A stretch of 64,000 nt of DNA from NCBI GenBank assembly GCA_046483305.1, contig JAWODM010000021.1, positions 691 to 64,690 of the forward strand. The letters are read 5' to 3'. Below the pieces are notes generated by a model. The model saw nothing but the letters and a program-made list of their open reading frames with translations, was not told the DNA's origin and did no database searches. This document shows, piece by piece, positions 57,001 through 64,000 of the stretch. Each line of letters opens with the position of its first letter. The stretch's first letter is position 1. This DNA is from Candidatus Krumholzibacteriales bacterium (lineage in GTDB: Bacteria > Krumholzibacteriota > Krumholzibacteriia > Krumholzibacteriales > WJIX01). Both the position numbers and the translations under genes were made by a program.

Positions 57001-57933
57001 CTCAAAGTCTCTGAAGGTATAATCCTTCAGCTTGCCGTCGAAGCTGGCTGAGACTGAGAGGTTTCCCGGCCTTCCTTCAATCTGGAAAGTGCCGTTAACT
57101 CTTCCCATCTCACCGGTCTCAATATCCAGAGCGGTCCCAATCTCATCAATGTTGACAGGAGAGGCTTTGACCTTCAGATTCATCCTGAGAGAATCTACCG
57201 AAAGATCGCCCGAAAGGACCACCCTCGAACTCTCCGTTCCAAGCCGGAAACTGTCAAATATCAGTGAATTCTCACCGGTTGTGGAGCCGCCGTACGCGAT
57301 GCCGCCGCTCATACTGCCGACCTCGATATCCCGGGTAATGAAAGTGCAGGAGCCGGAGGTAATATCCGCTTCGATCCTTTCCCCGCCGGTTCGAAGCATC
57401 CCTTCAAGATCTATCGACTTTACCGCTTCGGCCTTATCGGCACCCTGATAAATTATCTGGCCCCCGGAGATCGAAAAGCTTTCAACCTTTATCTCAAACA
57501 GGCCTCTCAGCGCCCCGCCGCCACCAGGCGCTCTCCCTGCCCCCGCAGAATCAGCTTTTATCCATACATGGGGATTCCTGAATTCCGCGCTGTTGATTGT
57601 AAAAGCGCCCCTTATCAGGCTCAACAGGCTGTACTCTATTCGTATTTCATCAACTCTGACCATATCGTACGATTCAGCGCTGCCCTCATATCTCACCGAC
57701 AGATCCGAAACGTGAAGGTTATTCAGGGGGTTTCCGCTCACTTCCCCCAACACCAGCCGGCAGCAGTTATCATGGAACATGTACTCCGAAATCAGATTCG
57801 CCGCCTGATTCTTGAACAGAGCCGAGTGCATGAACAGGGTTACCGAAATTATCAGGAGCGCGATGAATCCGATCGGGATCGATATCCAGATAAACGCCTT
57901 ATGCCGCAATATCCTCTTAACCAAAAACACCAC
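54046..57933 (-). CDS. tamB: Translocation/assembly module TamB (AsmA-like, DUF490)
   Basis: N-terminal TM anchor, long beta-taco repeats, C-terminal IGKYLSEGLYV..VEVEYRI..WEF. Confidence 0.82.
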   Translation of the reverse strand: MVFLVKRILRHKAFIWISIPIGFIALLIISVTLFMHSALFKNQAANLISEYMFHDNCCRLVLGEVSGNPLNNLHVSDLSVRYEGSAESYDMVRVDEIRIEYSLLSLIRGAFTINSAEFRNPHVWIKADSAGAGRAPGGGGALRGLFEIKVESFSISGGQIIYQGADKAEAVKSIDLEGMLRTGGERIEADITSGSCTFITRDIEVGSMSGGIAYGGSTTGENSLIFDSFRLGTESSRVVLSGDLSVDSLRMNLKVKASPVNIDEIGTALDIETGEMGRVNGTFQIEGRPGNLSVSASFDGKLKDYTFRDFEADLLIARNVDIKAFRGKLNGASVDGEGVYVTGRQTLKLSFQNRGMDLSNQFYPGADLPETDFNGRTEVRYLFGSSELYLDFYLGPGHFMEIPFRNAVISADYRNDSLMIKEMLARSSTHEVSINGSIVNQDTLRLLLEIECDASDTLFAYFDIEDYRADLDVQGLWEGTMDEWDLRLSGECRNFNYNRAFIPEGSVQFAVVKREDYSVFVDIRADTAFIDRHRFKDIDLSLEYAEGEVNIKKLNLAKSDVEAEMRGKYRVGEEESELVLDRASMRMLDEDWLSGGGFTIAITDSAVIFNDLQLHSRIGAVYFEGELNRFRNNFDGSLRFQRIDMSALNHNQFLLIPVEGSAAGVIRSSGSLSDPDLTVSLNLLNGSIDNIPVERFGLKAAYSSNHCRLDTLSLSSPAGFAFASGDIENISLDELYHWGTESLVETSSSLEIYCANLSVEPFIEYFPGIPFAEGTFTGKALVGGGLLHPRIRLDGTAGDIVFQHVTVPRVDLHADLTRSGITLEGEMYVEGRRKQGNFSGNLPLKENRWLYSLDREREMNFDLEITEIDLSRVADISDLVARAEGEGSLKFTVRGTVAAPDLSGDLRLTGAGFRLAGMEERFRKVNARVSFEDTLIRVRYLNGEEGKEGRFSGSGTVSLRGWRPVVYDLTVDTEKVMVTSIRDVAAIVTGKLDIGTDTVEGRAVPFLSGSFEVNEAEIYFNPGDMESGGGGEGVIKPGWMAELDLDMKGNTRIKTPDANIEFTGEVTLHHNEMGTYLRGELLLYRGWYNLYNNKFHIQSGSLIFSHAGGKRPLIDIEAVTYDQEGKRIYLTLVWDESDPQPRLSLRHEESGYSETDIWKMLGGGIVRSPNGSESEWDAMGTAQNLAANYLERVLNSQMEGFTVSLEHGNARQSGAFGGEKATMLAIGKYLSEGLYVQWKQGLSVATEAEVEVEYRISDLFLIRTELIKYSQELLPGESMRSGDEINVDVKIRWEF

Positions 57934-57941
57934 TCCTGATA

Positions 57942-59870
57942 TTAAAAAATCTGGCCCAGACTGATATGTATCCAGTAATCCTCATCCCGGTCAGCTCTCT
58001 TGTTTATCGGAAATCCGGCATCGACCCTTACAGGCCCCACCGGCGTGTAATACCTCAGGCCAAAACCGGTACTGTACTTATAATCCAGCACCGAGACGTC
58101 GCTTTCGTCCGTGAACATGGAATATCTGCCGTCGAATATATCATCTGTATCCCTCCATACATTTCCGCCGTCGAGGAATACTACCCCCCCGATGTTGAAC
58201 CTTGAAAGAAGGGGTATGGGATATCTCAGCTCCAGATTTGTCAGCAGAACTATTTTGCCTCCCAGCGGATCCCCGTCCGAGTTCAGAGGCCCCAGAGAGT
58301 TCTGTCCGAAGCCCCTTACGGAGTTTCCTCCCCCCAGGAAGAATCTTCTCTCTACCGGCAGCTGCCGGCTGTCCGAGAACGGTTCGGCGTAACCAGCCCT
58401 TACCCGGTAAGCAAAGATCAGATCGGGATGAATGCTGCTGTAGCTCCGGTACGAGGATACCAGCAAATAATAGTTGTCATCTCCGCCCAGAAGACCTCCT
58501 GAATAATCCGTCTCCATCCTGATATAGTTACCCCTGCGGGGATTAAAATAATTATTCCTGGTATCCCTCCTGAAAATCACCTTTACTGAACGCCTTCTCG
58601 ATCTGGGAGGAGCATCCTCCACATTTACCCTGTCTATACTCTCAAGCAGATAATTAAGGAATAGTGAAGTATTTCTGCCAAAGTTCCTCGAAAGCGAAGT
58701 GAAATAACTTACCGCTTCTACTTCCGCCGGTTCGATGGTGGCGTTGTATTCATAATATGACCCTACAGCAAGAGTATTCCAGGTAGAGAGTATATGCGGG
58801 AAGCGTATTTCACCCTCATGCCTCAGATATTTACTCTCAAAAACCAGTTTGTTGAAGTCATACTCATTATCGGAAAATATTGAGAATGAATATGACGACC
58901 TCACGTTCAGCTTGTAGCCTCTTTCCAGCAGATTGCGCTGGCCCAATTCGGCAAAAACATGGCTGGCATGTACGTTACCCACGCCCATTCCTGTTTCCAC
59001 ATAGCCGGTCCTTCTCTCTCTGACCCTTATCTGAAGGTCAACCGTCCCCTCTTCCAGATTCAGGTTTTTCGGTTCTATATCCACCGAAGAGAATAAGCCG
59101 GTATCATAGAGATTCTGCTTGCTCTGCCTGATCTTCCTGAGATCGAAATACTCACCCCTATCTGTCTTGAGTTCTCTGAAGACCAGATCTGACCTGGTTT
59201 CCTTATTGCCGGTCAGTTCGATATCCACAACCCTGGCCTTCTTGCCCCGCCTGATATTCCATGTAATACCAACCTTGAGGGAGTCTATCTTCACGTCATA
59301 GGAGACTCTGGTTCCCAGATAACCCTCCTCGAAATAGAGGTTGAATATGGCATACTGGTCGTTTTCGATCAGATTGGGATTGTAAGGTTCTCCCTCAGTC
59401 AGTTTAAGCTCTTTCCGCACCTTCGCCTCAGTGAAAAGCCGGTTCCCCTTTATCGCCAGGGTGTCCACTCTGCTTCTTCCGCCTTCCTTTATCACGATCT
59501 TGATCGATACCTTGTGGTTATCTTCGTCCCTCCGGACCGAAGAATCAACTATCTCTGTATTAAAGAATCCGTTTTTCCTGTAAAATGATTTGATCGTTTC
59601 AAGGTCCCGCCTGAGAAAATCTCTTCGAAACCTGGGTTTATTGAAAATGGAATAGAACCGCGCCTCCCTGGTCCTCATCTTGTCCTTAAGGACCCCGTCA
59701 TTGAAGGTGCGGTTACCCAGGATAATTATCTCATCCACTACCGGAAGTTCGTCCTCAAAATCTGCGGAGTGGCAGGGAAAAGAAATCATTAACGCCGCAA
59801 GAGCCAAACCGGCAATCAATGTTGCCGGCGTGCGTTTTTTCCCCGGGCAGCTGTTTATTGAATTTGACAT
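57942..59870 (-). CDS. Omp85 family protein (TamA/BamA-like, POTRA + barrel)
   Basis: About three POTRA repeats; FFLGGGNSVRGF, GFGLRYYTPVGPVRVD and HISLGQIF. Confidence 0.9.
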   Translation of the reverse strand: MSNSINSCPGKKRTPATLIAGLALAALMISFPCHSADFEDELPVVDEIIILGNRTFNDGVLKDKMRTREARFYSIFNKPRFRRDFLRRDLETIKSFYRKNGFFNTEIVDSSVRRDEDNHKVSIKIVIKEGGRSRVDTLAIKGNRLFTEAKVRKELKLTEGEPYNPNLIENDQYAIFNLYFEEGYLGTRVSYDVKIDSLKVGITWNIRRGKKARVVDIELTGNKETRSDLVFRELKTDRGEYFDLRKIRQSKQNLYDTGLFSSVDIEPKNLNLEEGTVDLQIRVRERRTGYVETGMGVGNVHASHVFAELGQRNLLERGYKLNVRSSYSFSIFSDNEYDFNKLVFESKYLRHEGEIRFPHILSTWNTLAVGSYYEYNATIEPAEVEAVSYFTSLSRNFGRNTSLFLNYLLESIDRVNVEDAPPRSRRRSVKVIFRRDTRNNYFNPRRGNYIRMETDYSGGLLGGDDNYYLLVSSYRSYSSIHPDLIFAYRVRAGYAEPFSDSRQLPVERRFFLGGGNSVRGFGQNSLGPLNSDGDPLGGKIVLLTNLELRYPIPLLSRFNIGGVVFLDGGNVWRDTDDIFDGRYSMFTDESDVSVLDYKYSTGFGLRYYTPVGPVRVDAGFPINKRADRDEDYWIHISLGQIF

Positions 59871-59897
59871 TTGCCTTCCCTGTATGTAATCTCCTGA

Positions 59898-60308
59898 ATG
59901 ATGAGGATTAACGAAATAACTAATTTAAAGACAGGCAATTCATTGAGAATTAAATACACCGGCAAACCCGGAGTCCGTAATTTTATCGGAACAGGCTTCC
60001 TGGTCTTCTTTATCCTTGCCTCTCTGGCATTCTTCGCCGGCTGTTCCGAGAATGATACTGACAGGGCCAGAGACCGCACCCTGACAGCGGACGAACGTTA
60101 CCTTGTCCAATTATATGTAAAAATACATAAATTAGAAACAAATCTCCAAAATAATCCCGAAGAACTGTCAAAAAAACTGGCTGAGCTGAGGGGCAGGGCC
60201 GATTCGACCAGGATCAACAGAACGTTGAGAGATCTGGAAAAAGAACCTGTGAAATGGATCGCGGTCTACAACCGCATTAACACTCTTCTGGAAAGATCCC
60301 CGGACTAG
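59898..60308 (+). CDS. Hypothetical lipoprotein
   Basis: Hydrophobic stretch ending FFAGC; helical C-terminus; fills the rseP-Omp85 gap on the opposite strand; start uncertain. Confidence 0.55.
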   Translation: MMRINEITNLKTGNSLRIKYTGKPGVRNFIGTGFLVFFILASLAFFAGCSENDTDRARDRTLTADERYLVQLYVKIHKLETNLQNNPEELSKKLAELRGRADSTRINRTLRDLEKEPVKWIAVYNRINTLLERSPD

Positions 60309-60309
60309 A

Positions 60310-61668
60310 TTAACCGAAGACATTAAATATATCCAGAGCCATTACCAGAACCATTAGAATAATCAGCAGGATGAATCCTGCCTGCATCATGGCATTCTTA
60401 ATCCTGGCATTAACCTGCCTGCCGCTGATCCCCTCAGCCAGGTAAAGCACAAAGTGCCCCCCGTCGAATGGAAGAAGGGGAAACAGATTAATAATGCCCA
60501 GGTTAATAGAGAAAAAGGCGATGAAGCTTATCAGGTAGTTAAAGCCCCACCTGACCATATCTCCGGCCATTTTACCTATCCGCAGGGGGCCTCCCACCGC
60601 CTTTACACTGGCCTTTCCGGTGACAAGTTTCTTCAGGAAATCGAGTATCCTGACCGTCATTCTCCAGAACGCCGTGGAACCGTAACTTGCCGCCTGTATA
60701 AATGATACATCTTCCTTGAGATAATATTCCTTTATCCCGATGCTTCCGGCCTCCACCACGTCAAGCTTCTCACCGCCGGATGGCAGATCGATCGATTCGG
60801 TTTCGAGTTCCGCGGTATGCCTGACACCATCCTGTTCCCAGGTAATACTGATTGTCTCATCCAGGCTTTTATGAATCCTTTCGGCTACTTCGTTGAAGGT
60901 ATAAACTGCGGTATCATTTATGGAAACTATGTAAGCCCCGTTCCTTATCCCAGCTTCCCAGGCCGGCGATTCCTGCTTGACATCGCCTACCCTTGGCGGG
61001 ACCCCCAGCGCCAGGCCCACCGTATGTCTCCCCAGCTCCTCATTATAAGTCGGAGCTGCCGATAAAGTGATTATTTCCGATCCCCTCTTGACCCTGAAGT
61101 TCATTTTCTGATCTTCATCCCCGGAAACAAAGGAACTCAGACCCCGTTCAAAGGTCAGGGGCTCACCGTTTACCCCCAGTATTCTGTCTCCCCGCTGAAA
61201 TCCCGCTTCCATGGCCGGTGAATTCTCCACTACCTGATCGACAACCCCGTACGGTTCGGTCTTGTATACCCCCTGAAACCAGATGCTGCCGATGTAAAGT
61301 ACCAGGGCAAGCAGCAGATTCATTGCCGGCCCGGCCAGTATAATGCTTATCTTGCGCCAGGGCGATTTGGCCCTGAAGGTCCGGTGCTCGGGTATATCTT
61401 CTTCCCTGTTATCACCGCCGGAATCTTCTTCATCCTCCTCTTCCTCCTCTTCAGTCTCCCCTGCAAACTTGTTATAGCCTCCGAACGGGATTATGGAGAT
61501 TGCGTATTCGGTTTCGCCATATCTGAGTTTCAGTATCTTTGGCCCGAAACCTATGGAGAAAGTCAGGACATAAACGCCGTTAAGCTTTGCCAGAATGAAA
61601 TGCCCGAACTCGTGGACAAACACCACCACACTCAGTACAAAAACAAAAGAGATTATGGTTAAAAACAT
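60310..61668 (-). CDS. rseP: RIP metalloprotease RseP
   Basis: HEFGH, AGPAMN, two PDZ domains and NLFPLLPFDGGH. Confidence 0.95.
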   Translation of the reverse strand: MFLTIISFVFVLSVVVFVHEFGHFILAKLNGVYVLTFSIGFGPKILKLRYGETEYAISIIPFGGYNKFAGETEEEEEEDEEDSGGDNREEDIPEHRTFRAKSPWRKISIILAGPAMNLLLALVLYIGSIWFQGVYKTEPYGVVDQVVENSPAMEAGFQRGDRILGVNGEPLTFERGLSSFVSGDEDQKMNFRVKRGSEIITLSAAPTYNEELGRHTVGLALGVPPRVGDVKQESPAWEAGIRNGAYIVSINDTAVYTFNEVAERIHKSLDETISITWEQDGVRHTAELETESIDLPSGGEKLDVVEAGSIGIKEYYLKEDVSFIQAASYGSTAFWRMTVRILDFLKKLVTGKASVKAVGGPLRIGKMAGDMVRWGFNYLISFIAFFSINLGIINLFPLLPFDGGHFVLYLAEGISGRQVNARIKNAMMQAGFILLIILMVLVMALDIFNVFG

Positions 61669-61678
61669 GAATCCTCCG

Positions 61679-62857
61679 TCATATCTTTACAGCTTCGTCA
61701 TGGCGGCTCGCCAGGAAATCCCTGGTCCACCGGTCGGCTCCGATAATATCTGAAATGCCGCTGACTTCCGCCGTGCTATGATTGGAAAGAGCCTCCTCGA
61801 TCCAGTCTATAATGGTAAGAAATCCTATTTTGCCCGCCAGGAATGTTTTGACAGCCACTTCATCGGCAGCGTTGAGTACCGCCAGCGACGTGCCCCCCCT
61901 CCGGGCGGCATCCATGGCCAGCTCGAAAGCGGGGAAATTGCCGCTGTCGAACCTGACGAACTCCAGAGCCCCGATCTCCTCCAGCTGCAGCGCCCCCCAG
62001 GGAAAATCCACTTTCTCCGGGTAATAAAGAGCGTTGATGATAGGCAGTTTCATATCGGCGGGGCCGATGTGCGCAAGCAGCGAACTGTCCCTTAATCTCA
62101 CCAGGGAATGAACCAGGGACTGGGGATGTATTATTACACTGATGTTCCGGTAAGGAAAACCGAACAGGAAATGCGCCTCGACAACCTCGAAACCCTTGTT
62201 CAGCATCATCGCCGAATCGACAGTAACTCTTTCACCCATATCCCAGGTAGGGTGATCCAGCACCTGCTCAATGGTTACGTCCTTCAGCCCGGAGAAATCC
62301 CTGTTGTAGAAAGGGCCTCCCGAGGCGGATAATATTATTTCAGAAATGTCCTCTCTGCCCCCTTCCAGGCACATGGAAAGGGAAAAATGCTCGCTGTCAA
62401 CCGGTATTATTCTCTCCAGGCTGTCTCGGTCCCGGACGAGCAGCTCGCCCCCGGTTACCAGCGATTCCTTATTTGCCAGAGCCACCATGCAACCCAGCCT
62501 GAGAGCTTCCATGGTGGGGCTCAGGCCGGCAATACCTACCAGCCCGTTTACCACCAGATCCGGGGAAGTCTCACGCAGAAGATTAATTATCCCTTCTTCC
62601 CCCGTTCCCGCAGAGCGCCCGCTGAATACGCTCCTTCTGGCCTTGAGAAGGCTGAAGGAATCATCGCTGCCCAGTGCGAACATCGCCTCAGGGAATAAAT
62701 CCAGCTGCTTCTCCAGTTCTTCAATACTGGTATCCGCTACCAGGCCCACCACTTTCAGAGAGCTGTCCTTCTGCAATTTGATTATATCCACGGTCGATCT
62801 TCCGATCGATCCGGTCGAGCCCAGAATAACTATCCTCTTCAATTCAGGTCCTCTCAT
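61679..62857 (-). CDS. dxr: 1-deoxy-D-xylulose-5-phosphate reductoisomerase
   Basis: LGSTGSIG, ALANKESLV, PVDSEH, ASGGPF, HPTWDMG and HPQSLVHS motifs. Confidence 0.95.
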   Translation of the reverse strand: MRGPELKRIVILGSTGSIGRSTVDIIKLQKDSSLKVVGLVADTSIEELEKQLDLFPEAMFALGSDDSFSLLKARRSVFSGRSAGTGEEGIINLLRETSPDLVVNGLVGIAGLSPTMEALRLGCMVALANKESLVTGGELLVRDRDSLERIIPVDSEHFSLSMCLEGGREDISEIILSASGGPFYNRDFSGLKDVTIEQVLDHPTWDMGERVTVDSAMMLNKGFEVVEAHFLFGFPYRNISVIIHPQSLVHSLVRLRDSSLLAHIGPADMKLPIINALYYPEKVDFPWGALQLEEIGALEFVRFDSGNFPAFELAMDAARRGGTSLAVLNAADEVAVKTFLAGKIGFLTIIDWIEEALSNHSTAEVSGISDIIGADRWTRDFLASRHDEAVKI

Positions 62858-63684
62858 CCCGGCAGAATAAAGAAAATAAGTATATAATATACTGCCGGGG
62901 CGTTGAAAAGCATCGAATCAAACCGATCCAGAATACCACCGTGGCCAGGAATGGTATTGGATGAATCCTTTTTCCTCATATCTCTCTTGATCATCGATTC
63001 CACCAGGTCCCCGGTCTGTCCGGTTACCGATATCAGAAGAGCCAGCGCTATTGATTCCGGTATACCCAGGAATGAAAATATATAAATCCTGGCTATCATC
63101 ACTCCCGCAATTGCGAAGGCTATTCCGCCTATTATACCTTCCAGTGTCTTTCCCGGAGAAATCAGCGGAAACATCTTGTGCCTTCCCGCGATACTGCCTA
63201 CCGTATATGCTCCGGTATCATAACACCAGGTCAGCAGCAGCAGCAGCATTACAAAATCAAACCCCGCAGAGTATTCCAGGTTCCCTGTTCGCAGGGGTAT
63301 CTCCCTGATCAGCAGCATATGGCTGCCCAGCCAGCCGACATAGAAAACCCCGAACATGGTAACGGAAATATTATAAACAAAGAAATTCCTGCCCCTTCGG
63401 CAGAGCTCAGTGACCATGATGCCGATCAGTATCATGGTAATCAGAAGATATATATAATCGTGCAGATGATAGTAGAAGAAAACAGGCAGCAGAATCGCGC
63501 CTGCCGTTCCGATAATTTTATATGGATTGGTAATACTGACCTCGGTCATCCGGTAGAATTCCCAGATCCCCCCCACAATAACAGCGTCAACCAGGATCAG
63601 GTAATATACTCCCCCTTTTCTCGCGATAAGAACGATACAGGGAATAAAAATAACGGCAACTATTATTCTCTTAAGAGCCTTCAA
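62854..63684 (-). CDS. cdsA: Phosphatidate cytidylyltransferase
   Basis: DTGAY, ISPGKTLEG and GDLVESMIKR..KDS..PGHGGILDRFDS. Confidence 0.95.
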   Translation of the reverse strand: MKALKRIIVAVIFIPCIVLIARKGGVYYLILVDAVIVGGIWEFYRMTEVSITNPYKIIGTAGAILLPVFFYYHLHDYIYLLITMILIGIMVTELCRRGRNFFVYNISVTMFGVFYVGWLGSHMLLIREIPLRTGNLEYSAGFDFVMLLLLLTWCYDTGAYTVGSIAGRHKMFPLISPGKTLEGIIGGIAFAIAGVMIARIYIFSFLGIPESIALALLISVTGQTGDLVESMIKRDMRKKDSSNTIPGHGGILDRFDSMLFNAPAVYYILIFFILPG

Positions 63685-63742
63685 TGGCCTCCCGTTCTCC
63701 TTCTTATTTTAATCGGGGCGCTTCGCGCCGGGAAAATCTCAC

Positions 63743-64000
63743 TCATTTCGATTCAACGCGGCCGAACCTTCTCTCACGTCCAAGATAAGTATAAATAGAT
63801 TCAATAAGATCTTTTTCTCTGAAATCCGGCCAGTAGAGCTCACTGATTACTATTTCAGTATATGCAAGCTGCCACAGCATGAAATTGCTGATCCGGAACT
63901 CCCCGCTGGTTCTTATCAGAAGGTCGGGATCGCCCAGCCGTGGATTGTACAGATAATCCGAAAAAAGCTCCTCATTCACATTATCCGGCTCGACTCTGCC
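63743..64000 (-). CDS. uppS: Undecaprenyl diphosphate synthase, C-terminal part (runs off window edge)
   Basis: DPDLLIRTSGEFRISNFMLWQLAYTE..WPDF..RERRFG. Confidence 0.93.
   Translation of the reverse strand, partial: GRVEPDNVNEELFSDYLYNPRLGDPDLLIRTSGEFRISNFMLWQLAYTEIVISELYWPDFREKDLIESIYTYLGRERRFGRVESK

Noticed and set aside
1-64000. CRISPR arrays, IS elements, integrases, prophage genes, rRNA/tRNA
   Set aside because: None recognised by eye; short or degenerate elements could have been missed without computation

Overview
Gene-dense 64-kb chromosomal window from a diderm bacterium. A C-terminal PNPFNP/FlgD-Ig sorting domain, a TamA/TamB/peptidase-Omp85 cluster and a minimal SufCB suggest an anaerobic FCB-group lineage (inference only). 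The right end is housekeeping: uppS(partial)-cdsA-dxr-rseP, tamA-tamB-peptidase/PD40/Omp85, pcrA. The middle holds a metal/redox cluster (Rrf2, YHS/Cys-rich protein, ferritin-like, cytochrome P460, ferric reductase, SufCB/SmsCB) and an SBP-HK-sigma54 regulator module whose likely target promoter (two GTGT-N8-ACAC boxes, IHF-like site, -24/-12) is readable upstream of a TPR lipoprotein. The left holds gdh with two PEP/pyruvate-binding-domain proteins, one fused to a nucleotidyltransferase. The best candidate for an undescribed system is the four-gene operon at 10082-14554. It encodes a single-pass membrane protein with a cytoplasmic Lon-type Ser-Lys protease domain and an extracytoplasmic FG-GAP-repeat domain, a divergent ECF-sigma-like protein, a soluble HxxxCxxC zinc anti-sigma-like protein and a DUF6508 protein, i.e. 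a possible receptor-protease/anti-sigma/sigma cascade. No rRNA, tRNA, CRISPR array or transposase was recognised. All family calls come from motif recognition by eye; no database search was run.
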